64,000 bases of DNA from Thermoplasmata archaeon (lineage in GTDB: Archaea > Thermoplasmatota > Thermoplasmata > Lutacidiplasmatales > UBA184), in NCBI GenBank assembly GCA_049591535.1, contig JBAWFC010000008.1:9791-73790 (forward strand), read 5' to 3'. The position numbers and the translations under genes were made by a program. Of this stretch, positions 1 to 8,436 are shown piece by piece. How positions within the stretch are numbered: position 1 is the stretch's first letter; every line of letters begins with the position of its first letter. The notes below the pieces were generated by a model. It saw only the letters and a list, made by a program, of their open reading frames with translations, was not told where the DNA came from and searched no databases.

Positions 1-27
1 ACAATGTGGTAGGCGCCGACTTACCGT

Positions 28-510
28 GTGGTAAGCATAACAGTCCCGGCGGCTCTGATTCCATTCATGTCGGCCGTTCGAGTCGCCCTTCCCCTGCTCC
101 ACTGCTACCGGTGCATCTTCTCTTGGAACCCTACGATTTCAGTCGTCCGGATCTGCCCTAGGTGCAAGTCCCCGAATTGGAACATCCCGAAGGTACGCCT
201 TCCCCCGTATGACGGCGGCGGACTCGGGACTCCCGAGATCATAGCGCCGAAGCGCAGACAGATTCGGGCGCTCGTCCGAAGGTACGGGTTCGTCAAGCCA
301 AGAGTCTTTGGCTCAGTGGCGCGGGGGGAGGCCGGCCCGAAGAGCGACGTCGACGTCCTGGTTCGGTCGTGGCGGGGCGATATCCTGGACCGAGTCGCGC
401 TCGCACGGGAGCTCGGGGAGCTCTTGGGAGGCGAGGTCGAGGTGGTTCCGGACCGAGGCTTGAAGTGGTACGCGGAGCCGGAGATACTGGCCCAGGCGGT
501 GCCGCTGTGA
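28..510 (+). CDS. Minimal nucleotidyltransferase (MNT-type, antitoxin-like) with N-terminal 4-Cys zinc-ribbon-like segment
   Basis: The translation carries the minimal-NTase signature FGSVARGEAGPKSDVDVLV (GS-x2-RG ... SD-x-D). Upstream, CYRC-x13-CPRC looks like a zinc ribbon. A HEPN/DUF86-like ORF follows 26 nt later, the classic MNT-HEPN arrangement. The start is uncertain: GTG at 28 or ATG at 67. Confidence 0.6.
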   Translation: MVSITVPAALIPFMSAVRVALPLLHCYRCIFSWNPTISVVRICPRCKSPNWNIPKVRLPPYDGGGLGTPEIIAPKRRQIRALVRRYGFVKPRVFGSVARGEAGPKSDVDVLVRSWRGDILDRVALARELGELLGGEVEVVPDRGLKWYAEPEILAQAVPL

Positions 511-536
511 GCGACGGGTAGAATCGAGATGCCGAA

Positions 537-872
537 ATGCTAGAGGAAATGCGCTGGGCCGTAGCCCACATCGAACGTGAGAGGGTAGTCCTCGACCGGG
601 AGGGGTTCGAGAAGAGCGAGTCCAAGCAGGCCGCCGTCGCCTTTTTCATCATGGCCTTGGGAGACGCCGTCGGAGACGTCTCCAGACGGACGAAGAACGC
701 CAACCCGGACATTCCGTGGGGCGATCTCGCGGGGAGGCGGTACCGACCGGCCCACCGGCCGTGGGAATACCTCTCGCAGGACGCCGCCGACACCGGGCGG
801 TTCCTCAAAGATCGCATGCCGAAGCTCGCACGGCAGATGCGCGGAGTACGGCCGGCACGGGCCCACCCGTGA
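537..872 (+). CDS. HEPN/DUF86-like protein (HepT-type toxin partner of the MNT)
   Basis: The size (111 aa) and position right after the MNT gene fit. The DUF86-like layout includes ...NPDIPWGDLAGRRYRPAH..., which retains an R-x4-H spacing where DUF86 normally has RN-x-(I/L)-x-H. The tail ...RFLKDRMPKLARQM resembles the DUF86 C-terminus. Confidence 0.55.
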   Translation: MLEEMRWAVAHIERERVVLDREGFEKSESKQAAVAFFIMALGDAVGDVSRRTKNANPDIPWGDLAGRRYRPAHRPWEYLSQDAADTGRFLKDRMPKLARQMRGVRPARAHP

Positions 873-929
873 CGCACTTCAGGGGCCGCCTCTCTTCGGC
901 CCAAGTGTGATAGAACCGAGCACGAGTCA

Positions 930-949
930 TCATATGTATATACATATGA
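930..949. repeat. 20-bp perfect palindrome TCATATGTATATACATATGA in a non-coding gap
   Basis: Read directly from the sequence. The core CATATGTATATACATATG (931-948) equals its own reverse complement. It matches 16 of 18 positions of CATATGCATATTCATATG at 2243-2260, which overlaps the vapB start. Confidence 0.9.
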
Positions 950-1585
950 GTAGACGGTCCACGCGTCACGGACATCGACCCGATCGCGATCCTGTCCGAG
1001 TCCGGCGGGGTTGAGCGTCCCGCAGGGGCTGATCAACGACCCTTCGGAGAAGGGCCGGATCGTGAGGCCGACGGCGGAATCGTCCGCAGACTCATGCAAA
1101 GGGATTCTACTATTGTCTGCTAACGTTACATGCGTTACTGAATGGCGTGTTTTGAACAAATGATGAGCCGCAAGCTCCGGAACAGGGGACTGCCCCGTCG
1201 GCCGGACGGGCGAGCGATCGTTGGGATCTCTGCCACCGGTGCTGCTCGAGACTTCCCCAGGCCTGGACGAAAAGGGGGGGTAAACGGGCCCAAAGCGGCC
1301 TTGTGGGGGTTTCTCCTCAAGAGGAGTGGTGTCGGCGCTCCGCCCCACTCGAATGTCGCATAACTGGAGTTATACGCCGCCACCTCGGGAGTGTCGGGAA
1401 CCCACTCGCCTGAGGTCGCCACTTGCACCGACTATACCATCTGTAGGATTGTGTGTAACGTGTCTTCAGATACTATGCATGGCGTCCGGGAAGTCGCCGC
1501 GTGGGGACGGGCTCTCTCGCGTTCCCGGCCCAGCGATCGGGTCCATAGTGCTTCGACTTGGGTCGGGCGCCGGTTGGATTGTGTA

Positions 1586-1612
1586 GTGTCAATCTGTAGT
1601 AATGATTGACAC
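1586..1612 (-). terminator. Inverted repeat (8-bp stem, 11-nt loop) just downstream of vapC; possible terminator hairpin
   Basis: GTGTCAAT (1586-1593) is the exact reverse complement of ATTGACAC (1605-1612). It lies 26 nt past the vapC stop on the minus strand. Its function is inferred only. Confidence 0.25.
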
Positions 1613-1637
1613 GCTATGAATCAGTCTTAGTATGGTA

Positions 1638-2033
1638 TCAATGGGTGAGCCGGACCTTGAAGCGAAAGGGGCTCCCCTTCGGCGGTGAGTGGTCCCTCGT
1701 CGTGATCCACTCCCGGCATCCGGCTGCATCCATCGCTGCCCAGGCGAGAGAGTGGTAGCGAAGAAGGATTTTGTGCGTCGACATCGCCCGTCCCGCGGCG
1801 GAGACAGATTCCGCAGTAACCGGGATGACGGTTAGGCGGCGCCGAAGTCTCAGAAGAGCCGCTTCGCGGCCGGAACGGGAGCGGCTCGGTCCCGCTGCGG
1901 CCACCGCCTGAAGCTCGAACATGTTGATTTCGCACGTGGCGAGCTCCTCTCCACCCAGCTGCTTGAGGAGATCCCGTGAGGTGGGGGTGTCGTGCAGAAT
2001 CGCGAGCAACACGGGGGTGTCCAGGCCCTTCAT
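1638..2033 (-). CDS. vapC: PIN-domain toxin VapC
   Basis: The N-terminus MKGLDTPVLLAIL has the PIN 'lDT' acidic motif. Further conserved acidic positions are MFELQ, AAMDAAG and ITTRD. The ATG at 2031-2033 overlaps the vapB stop (ATGA at 2030-2033). The longer ORF to 2108 is an Arg-rich extension that I discard. Confidence 0.75.
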   Translation of the reverse strand: MKGLDTPVLLAILHDTPTSRDLLKQLGGEELATCEINMFELQAVAAAGPSRSRSGREAALLRLRRRLTVIPVTAESVSAAGRAMSTHKILLRYHSLAWAAMDAAGCREWITTRDHSPPKGSPFRFKVRLTH

Positions 2034-2257
2034 TCGGATCCTTTCCTCGGGCCTCGGCGCATGCGATCGAGCATCTGGAGGTCCCGCGCGGCGCCCGTCG
2101 TCCCCCACGCCCCCCGAACTTCGTTCAACGCCGCTCGCTGGTGAATGATTCGAACGAAGAGTTCCGTGAAGCTTTCGCCGGGCCGTTTCTCTCGCTTTAG
2201 TGCCGCGTAAACGTCCCGTTGGACGGCGATGTTCCGAGACGACATATGCATATTCAT
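2030..2257 (-). CDS. vapB: Archaeal-type VapB antitoxin (COG1753-like)
   Basis: ...SRNIAVQRDVYAALKREKRPGESFTELFVRII... matches the archaeal antitoxin pattern (tIsv.ddvY..L...K...eSFSe.I..L). It is coupled to vapC by an ATGA overlap. Three in-frame ATGs exist, at 2257, 2251 and 2245. A TATA-like TTAATAAG (minus strand, 2268-2275) is centred about 27 nt upstream of the ATG at 2245, which favours that leaderless start. Confidence 0.65.
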   Translation of the reverse strand: MNMHMSSRNIAVQRDVYAALKREKRPGESFTELFVRIIHQRAALNEVRGAWGTTGAARDLQMLDRMRRGPRKGSE

Positions 2258-2260
2258 ATG
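2243..2260. promoter_or_regulatory. Imperfect palindrome CATATGCATATTCATATG spanning the vapB start codons; candidate operator
   Basis: Read directly. The two CATATG half-sites are inverted. The element is 16/18 identical to the perfect palindrome at 931-948. Its position at the TSS/start of a TA operon fits autoregulation, but that role is inferred. Confidence 0.45.
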
Positions 2261-2613
2261 TGTATTTCTTATTAAGGGTTGTGGCTGAGGACGATCACGA
2301 CGCGGTGTGCGCCTGCCGGGGGCCCGTCGACTCCGCAGGCGCCGGACGATGCCACTACCGGGGACGGATGTCGAACCACCGACCCGTCACTCGCCCAAGC
2401 AATGCACCTCCGTCCCACGTGTGCTCCGTGGCCCCAAACCGAGCGCTGCGATCCCGGACGATCCTCGCTCTGCTCGCCATCTGAACTGCAAGGTCGGAAC
2501 GCGCTCGCGGGTCCGCGTTCGCAGCTGAGTAGGGATGCACCGGCTGCCGCCCCGACCGCAGACCGGACGTTCAGAGAGGATTAGTAGGCGCGCGAGGGTG
2601 GCTGCGAGATCCG

Positions 2614-3768
2614 ATGACCGCCGAAATTACCGTCTCCGCGCAGCCGGACCAGAGCGCCGATTTCGGGCCCACCACGCCGGGCACGAGGAGTTCGGGTCTG
2701 AAGGAGGCGCTCGATTCCTTGGCGGGGAAGGGCGGAAAGGTTCGACTGCGACCCGGTCTCTTCGTTACGGACGTTCCCCTATGTCTCCCGATGCACGTAA
2801 CGCTCGAGGGAGCCGGATACGAGAAGACGAACGACCGCTTCTCCGCGATCGAGGCGAGTGCCCAATTTCCGTCCGGCGTGGGATTGCTCTCCGGCCCGCC
2901 CGCTACCAGCGGATCCCACTCGAGGGCGATTCACGTTCGAGATCTGTCGCTGCTTCGGGTCGCTCGCGCCGATGGACCCGTGATCGACTTCACCAACGTG
3001 GACCACTCCACCATCGAACGCGTCGAGACCCAGGGCGGTACCGTAGGGATCCTGCTGGGATGGAACGGCCCCCCGAATCCCGACGGTGCCGACGCTCCGG
3101 GAGAAGTGCGTGGTCAAACGATCCGCGTCGTCAATGCGAGTTCGGATGGGATCTTCTGGAAGTATCGTACGCAAGAGCTCTGGGACCGAGTCGAGATCCT
3201 TGGGCGACGCGTCCCCCCCCAAAACGCACTCCACTTCTTCGGCTCCAACAAGGTTCAGGTTTCCGTAGCGCAGCTCACCCAGTACACTCGAGCGGGCGTC
3301 CTCTTCGAGTCGGACGGGAGCCCCCCCAACATCGGATGCGTCGTGACGAACCTCTTCGCAAACACTCGCAACGGCGGCACCGATATCGTGGAGCAGGGCC
3401 CGAGTCGAGCTTGCGGGGTCTTCGGCGGGGCCGCGTTGTCTCCTTCACCGTTTCAAACCCGGGGCGGGCTCTGGATACGGAACGTACGGGGTGTGAACGA
3501 CCTTGGGATGATCCCGACCATGACCCCTCCTCTCCCCGCGATCGGCGCTCCGGTCCAGAATCGATTGCCGTTTCCCGTGGAGGTCTACGCGGCGGGCGGC
3601 TCGGTCGAACGGGTCGAGGTCCTCGACAACGCTGCGAAGGTCGCTCCGACACTGATTCTCGGACGCCCCGCCCCGCTCCAGGGTCACATTGCCACCGTCA
3701 ACCCCGGCGAGTCGGTCCGGGTAATCGGCAGTGCTCCCCCGACCTGGTGGGCTTGGCGAGCGACGTAG
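2614..3768 (+). CDS. Right-handed parallel beta-helix protein (pectate-lyase-3/tailspike-like), no signal peptide
   Basis: The N-terminal pattern LKEALDSLAGKGGKVRLRPGLFVTDVPLCLPMHVTLEGAG matches the Pectate_lyase_3-type start (l..Ai..a...GG.v.lP.G.Y......l.l...vtl.G.G). Periodic hydrophobic/Gly/Asn-rich rungs follow. GC3 is high in this frame. The overlapping Arg-rich 473-aa ORF (2535..3956) is rejected. Confidence 0.55.
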   Translation: MTAEITVSAQPDQSADFGPTTPGTRSSGLKEALDSLAGKGGKVRLRPGLFVTDVPLCLPMHVTLEGAGYEKTNDRFSAIEASAQFPSGVGLLSGPPATSGSHSRAIHVRDLSLLRVARADGPVIDFTNVDHSTIERVETQGGTVGILLGWNGPPNPDGADAPGEVRGQTIRVVNASSDGIFWKYRTQELWDRVEILGRRVPPQNALHFFGSNKVQVSVAQLTQYTRAGVLFESDGSPPNIGCVVTNLFANTRNGGTDIVEQGPSRACGVFGGAALSPSPFQTRGGLWIRNVRGVNDLGMIPTMTPPLPAIGAPVQNRLPFPVEVYAAGGSVERVEVLDNAAKVAPTLILGRPAPLQGHIATVNPGESVRVIGSAPPTWWAWRAT

Positions 3769-4005
3769 CCCCAACGCTCCCCTTTCGTCTGCCCGGGCCG
3801 CCACGACGAGCGCCCAGGGGCCGGAGGGCGCGACCGGTCGAGAGGCGTTTGTTCCTCAGGGCCCATCGATGGGCGCTCCCCTCGGTCGCTCCGTCAGCTA
3901 TAAGGCGCACCTCCGCCCGAACTAGGACCGAGAGACGGCGAAGATGGGTGAGCTGAGTCGCTGCTTCCTTGGTTCCGCGTCGCGCTTGCCCCACCCGGAG
4001 GGCGC

Positions 4006-6573
4006 GTGAGTCCGTCGGGAGACGAGGCCCCCGAATGGTGGCCCGAGGAGCCGGTTCGCCCCGCGCCACGGCCTCCCGCCGGTGCCTCGGGGGGGCTTTC
4101 GACTGAGCCGGCGCCGGCCAGCACGGACGGGGGCGGCCCTGCCGCCGAAGCAGTCCCGGGGGGAGAGGCCGTGGGTGCCCGCGAGGAGTCGACGGCCCCG
4201 GGCAGCCCCGCCGCCGCTCCCTCCCGATGGGCCAGGCCCCTTGGGGCGATTCGACAATGGCTCGCCGATCCGGACCGGGAGGTCCATCTGGTCGTCGCGG
4301 CGCTCCTCGCCGCGTTGTTCACCGTCCTGCTCGTTTGGAAGGCGGACGGGGGGCTACTCTTCGTCTCCGACTTTCACGGCCTCTACTATCCGGGTGGGCT
4401 CGCTGTCGATCCCTCGACCGATCAGCTCCTCCTGGCGCTTTCGGCGGCGCTGATCCCGGGCGATATCTACGCCGCTCAGTCACTCTGGATCCTCCTCACG
4501 ACCTTCCTGGTGCTGTACTGGGTGCAGCGGTTCACCTACGATCTGTTCCGACCGGCGGTCGTACCGGCCGCGGCGTTGCTCGCGTCGATGCTTGCCGCCC
4601 CTCTCTATCTTGTGAATCCCTACACGATCACCTGGGGCGTGGTCACGATCATGGCGAATGTGACGCTCTCCGCCGGACTCTTCTTCCTGGTGATGCGCCA
4701 GTTGCTTCGGCTCGGGAGGAGTCTCTGGGCGTGTCGGAGCTACCCGTACCGCGATGCCGTCATCCTGGGGATCAGTGTGGGGCTCTATGCGTTCTTTCCC
4801 TCGTTTCCCAACGTGATTCGTGCCTTGCTGATCATCGTCGGAGGCACCGCGCTGATCTTCCTCGCGGCCGCCGTGCTGGTTCGACACGCTCCCGGTCGGA
4901 AGTGGCGCGCCTACTCCGCGTCCCTCCTTCGCGTGGTCCTCATCTCGGCGCCGGTGAGCCTCGTCATACTTTCGGACGCACTCTACAGCTTTCTGACCTC
5001 CAACCTCGCGAACGCAGCTGCGATCTCGACGGTTCAGAAGGCCTACGCGCCCCGGCTGACGCACACGTCCTACAATACGCTCGGTTTTGTCTCCCGGCTG
5101 CTCAGCCGCATCGAGTTCAACAATTACTCCTACGCGTCCTCGTTCAGCACGGATCCCTGGGTGCTGTTGGCCTCCTACTCCTGGGTCTTGGCGGGTCTCC
5201 TGATCCCGATCGCCTTCCTGATCGTCGCGAGGGTCCCCCGGGCGAGGTCTCTCTTCGCAGTGTTGGGGATCATGGTCGTATCGCTCATCTGGAGCACCGG
5301 GCTGAACCCGCCGTTCGGAGCGATCAACGGCGTCATTCTCAACCCGTTCCCCTTGGTGGGAACGGTGATCCCCCCATTCTACTTGGAGCTCGACTTTCTC
5401 GTCCGCCTCTACCCCTGTTTTGCAGGATTCGTCGTCGCCGTCCTCATCTTTCGGACGCGGTGGCGACCGAGGCCATGGTCGGCATGGCTCGCCGAGACGC
5501 TGTGGGGCCCTTCGGCTTCCCGTGTCGCGTTGGCGCCCTCTCGCGGCGGGCCGGCCCGGGTCCGACTGGTCACGGTGATCCCCGCCGTCGTGCTGATCGG
5601 ACTGCTGATGGCGGCTCCCTACCCCCTGTACAACGGGACCGCGCTGGGCCTTCCGGGGGAGCCGAACTACGGATATCACGTCCCCGGGGAGTATTCGCTC
5701 GTGCACTCGGAGTATCTCCACGGCTCGGGGGATACGACGCTCCTGCTCCCCGGATTGACCTCGTACATCAACACGACCTGGGGGTACAACGGCGGAACGT
5801 TGCTCTACGACGAGATCTTCTATCCCACCCCCGTGATCACCCCCAGCTATTTTGGTCACTACGGGATCTACGTGAACAGCTCGGCAGCCGCTTACGCGAA
5901 CCTGACCCAGCCCCTTCTTCCATCGCCGATTCTCACGAACCTCGATGCGCAGATCGGAGGCCCCACCTTTCCCCATCCCACCAATGGTTCGACCTACACG
6001 ACCTACCTGTTCAACGTGACGCCGACGAAGGGTCTGGACCTCAGCCCATATCAGTGGGTGACGGTCAACGTGACGTCCACCAACGAGGCGCTGCTAGTCC
6101 AGGCGCTGGCCGCAGGGACGATGACGTTCGGGCTGCGTACGTCATCTGGAATCGGTAACTTGCCGGGATTATATTCCGTGGCGCCGGCCTACAATAGCAT
6201 CGTGACCCCGACTTCCAATGGGTTCTCCATTTCGATGCTGGTCGGCCAACCGGACGGCAAGGCGACCTACAACTCTTCGATGGTCAATTTCCTGCTACTT
6301 CGATTCCCGGGACTCGACGCGAAGGCCAATATCACGTTCGCGATCACCGGGGTCGCGGGGTCGCGCAGCTCGACGCTCGTGCCGGGATGGGTGACCCTCG
6401 CCCAGCAGTTCGGGGTCCGCTACATCCTGGTCGACCGGTCGGTGTTGGCGGGTACCGTGAGCCACCCCGCGTATGGTGAACTGGTCCTCACCGACCTCGC
6501 GAGCTTCGGGCTGTCGAAACCGGTCTACAACGGCACGGACCTCACGCTGGCGACGCTCGATCCCGGCGAGTAG
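4006..6573 (+). CDS. Large polytopic membrane protein (about 14 predicted TM helices) with sequon-rich extracytoplasmic C-terminal domain; putative GT-C-like glycosyltransferase of a different family from the 28-39 kb paralogues
   Basis: The protein is 855 aa. It has a Pro/Ala-rich N-tail, then long hydrophobic segments to about residue 560. The soluble C-terminal domain has many N-x-S/T sites (NGT, NTT, NSS, NLT, NGS, NVT ...). GGAGGG lies 3 nt upstream of the GTG at 4006. Confidence 0.7.
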   Translation: MSPSGDEAPEWWPEEPVRPAPRPPAGASGGLSTEPAPASTDGGGPAAEAVPGGEAVGAREESTAPGSPAAAPSRWARPLGAIRQWLADPDREVHLVVAALLAALFTVLLVWKADGGLLFVSDFHGLYYPGGLAVDPSTDQLLLALSAALIPGDIYAAQSLWILLTTFLVLYWVQRFTYDLFRPAVVPAAALLASMLAAPLYLVNPYTITWGVVTIMANVTLSAGLFFLVMRQLLRLGRSLWACRSYPYRDAVILGISVGLYAFFPSFPNVIRALLIIVGGTALIFLAAAVLVRHAPGRKWRAYSASLLRVVLISAPVSLVILSDALYSFLTSNLANAAAISTVQKAYAPRLTHTSYNTLGFVSRLLSRIEFNNYSYASSFSTDPWVLLASYSWVLAGLLIPIAFLIVARVPRARSLFAVLGIMVVSLIWSTGLNPPFGAINGVILNPFPLVGTVIPPFYLELDFLVRLYPCFAGFVVAVLIFRTRWRPRPWSAWLAETLWGPSASRVALAPSRGGPARVRLVTVIPAVVLIGLLMAAPYPLYNGTALGLPGEPNYGYHVPGEYSLVHSEYLHGSGDTTLLLPGLTSYINTTWGYNGGTLLYDEIFYPTPVITPSYFGHYGIYVNSSAAAYANLTQPLLPSPILTNLDAQIGGPTFPHPTNGSTYTTYLFNVTPTKGLDLSPYQWVTVNVTSTNEALLVQALAAGTMTFGLRTSSGIGNLPGLYSVAPAYNSIVTPTSNGFSISMLVGQPDGKATYNSSMVNFLLLRFPGLDAKANITFAITGVAGSRSSTLVPGWVTLAQQFGVRYILVDRSVLAGTVSHPAYGELVLTDLASFGLSKPVYNGTDLTLATLDPGE

Positions 6574-6610
6574 TTTCCCCCGTACATCCGCCCCGAGTCC
6601 CCCGTCGCAA

Positions 6611-6637
6611 TTCCCCGGCGCATCGCTTCCCGGGGAA
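6611..6637. terminator. GC-rich inverted repeat (8-bp stem, 11-nt loop) in a convergent intergenic region
   Basis: TTCCCCGG (6611-6618) is the reverse complement of CCGGGGAA (6630-6637). It lies between the 3' ends of 4006..6573 (+) and 6773..8290 (-). A terminator role is inference. Confidence 0.25.
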
Positions 6638-6772
6638 CGCTACGCAGCAGTACACGGCCCGTGCGGACATAGCCGGTCCGGAGCCGGCGAAGGGCCCGGC
6701 CGCCCCCGCCCGTAGGCCGTGTCCTGCGGCGGATATCGGACGGGGAGCCGCGGAGTCGGCCGCCCGAACGGG

Positions 6773-8290
6773 TCAGTACCCCCAGGAGCTTAGCCGATCG
6801 TCCACCGTGGCCTCGCTCGGAGGGGTGCCGCTCCGAGTCGGAATCCTCTCCGCGAGGCGCTTCACTTCCTGAACGAGGGCAGCAGTGGAGGGGTCTGAGT
6901 CGGCGAGCGGGACCTCTCCGTCGGTCCCGAGCATCCGTAGATGGAACGACGAGATGCGCCGGCGCTCAAGGTCCAGGACGACCTTCGAATCCCCGTCGTA
7001 TCCCACGGCGAATGCGTGGTCCCAGAACCGACGGCGTTCCGGGGAGCACGCGCGAGCGGCACCGCTGGAGTAGTCGAATCCATCGCCCATGGCGAGGACG
7101 GGTTCGCTTCGTTCCGCGCTCACGAGCCTCATCAAAGACCTCCCGCTCGGAAACGCCGACGGCAGGTGCGCCATCTCGAGGAACGTGGGAGCGACGTCGA
7201 TGAGGCTCGCCCACCCCGTCGCGACCTGGCCGCCCCTACGGTCGCCCGGCAGTCGGAGGACCAGCGGGATCCTCAGTAACTGCTCCGAGACCCCGAGCGA
7301 GTGGAACAGGAACCCCTTCTCGAGGAACTCCTGCCCGTGGTCGCTCGTCAGGACCAGGACCGTGTTCTCCCACCGGCCCGCCTCCCGGAACGAGGAGACG
7401 ACCTCCGCCACGCGGCGGTCCAGCGTCCGGAACGTCTCTTGATACATCGAGTGGAGTGCCGCGATCTCCTTCGGATTGGGCGTCCAATGTCCGGCGAGGA
7501 ACCCCGCCTGATCGGTCCGCTGCCGCGTCCGACCCAGGAACGAACCCAGCGACTCGGTCGGTCCCCGGCTCGGATAGTACGGCTCGTGAGTGTCGTGGAA
7601 GTTGATGAAGCAGAACACGGGGGCATCGGCCGGTTGGTCCATGACCCAGCGTCGTACGGTCGGCTCGACCCAGGGGGCCGAAACGTAGTGGAACCGAGCC
7701 CCCGGAGCGCGAAGGTGGGAGGCGACGTGATTCGCGAGGTTGAGGGTCCATGGGTACCGCATCAGGCTCGTGGTCGCCTGCCCGGCCATTCGCCACCATC
7801 GACCCTCGGGGGCCCGCAGGGTCCTCCCTACCGCGATGCCGTGGGAAGGAAGGGTCTGACCGGGGACGTGGATCATCTTCTCCCACCAATCCCCCCAGGC
7901 AACGGACCCGAATCCGCGGGTCATACCGAAGTTCGGGCTGACGAACCCGTTCGAGGAGGCGCTCAGCGTGCGGTACCCCGCCGCGCTGAGCCGTTCGGAA
8001 AGCGTGGACACGTTCCCGGGGAGGTCGCTCGTCCCCCGCCGGTTCACTCCGTGCTCCCAGGGGTACAGTCCGGTGAAGAGGCTGGCGTGGCTCGGGATCG
8101 TCCACGGTGCCGGGGCGACCGATTTCGGAAAAACGATACTGTGGGATTCGAGCTCCTGCGTGAACGGCATCGGGACTCCGCCCGGATGTCCTACCCCAGG
8201 GAAGTCCGCCCATCGCGCCGCATCGAGCACGATGATGAGGAAGTTCGGCCTCGCCCCGGGCCCCGGGGTCACGTCGGTGGTCACGGCCAC
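6773..8290 (-). CDS. Sulfatase-fold (alkaline-phosphatase superfamily) enzyme with Thr in the nucleophile position; cytoplasmic (no signal peptide)
   Basis: It has the sulfatase-family layout: NFLIIVLDAAR (metal-binding Asp) and LTSDHGQEF. The C-x-P-x-R formylglycine motif is replaced by W-T-I-P-S-H-ASLFTGLYPWEHG, with the Thr codon at 8099-8101. The C-terminus is ...DDRLSSWGY. Confidence 0.85.
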   Translation of the reverse strand: MAVTTDVTPGPGARPNFLIIVLDAARWADFPGVGHPGGVPMPFTQELESHSIVFPKSVAPAPWTIPSHASLFTGLYPWEHGVNRRGTSDLPGNVSTLSERLSAAGYRTLSASSNGFVSPNFGMTRGFGSVAWGDWWEKMIHVPGQTLPSHGIAVGRTLRAPEGRWWRMAGQATTSLMRYPWTLNLANHVASHLRAPGARFHYVSAPWVEPTVRRWVMDQPADAPVFCFINFHDTHEPYYPSRGPTESLGSFLGRTRQRTDQAGFLAGHWTPNPKEIAALHSMYQETFRTLDRRVAEVVSSFREAGRWENTVLVLTSDHGQEFLEKGFLFHSLGVSEQLLRIPLVLRLPGDRRGGQVATGWASLIDVAPTFLEMAHLPSAFPSGRSLMRLVSAERSEPVLAMGDGFDYSSGAARACSPERRRFWDHAFAVGYDGDSKVVLDLERRRISSFHLRMLGTDGEVPLADSDPSTAALVQEVKRLAERIPTRSGTPPSEATVDDRLSSWGY

Positions 8291-8436
8291 GATCGCGTTC
8301 TCCTCACGACCGCGAACTCCGCCTCAGTCGGCCCTCCACGCTTCCGCTTCTTCATGAGCCTATCCGAGGACCGAGCTTCGGACCCCGTTCGAATCCGGTC
8401 GCACCCGGACCTTCTGACCTCCGCGCCGAGCGTATT

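Noticed and set aside
293-1348. 351-aa minus-strand ORF spanning the left end
   Set aside because: It is antisense to the MNT and HEPN genes, which have clear domain signatures. Its translation is Arg/Pro/Ser-rich low complexity, the typical shadow ORF of a high-G+C genome.
1100-1620. Possible SRP RNA, RNase P RNA or other structured RNA in the AT-richer gap
   Set aside because: I could not find the conserved SRP helix-8 motif (GGAA...AGCA) or the RNase P CR-I motif (GAGGAAAGUCC). Only short hairpins are present. The region is left as an unexplained gap rather than an RNA call.
2535-3956. 473-aa plus-strand ORF overlapping the beta-helix gene
   Set aside because: It is extremely Arg-rich (RRxRR runs) with no domain pattern. 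The alternative frame 2614..3768 has a recognisable beta-helix N-terminal motif and high GC3.
4227-6158. 643-aa (+) and 498-aa (-, 4480..5976) ORFs inside 4006..6573
   Set aside because: These are alternative-frame shadows with Arg/Gly/Pro-rich translations. The 4006..6573 frame gives coherent TM helices and a sequon-rich ectodomain.
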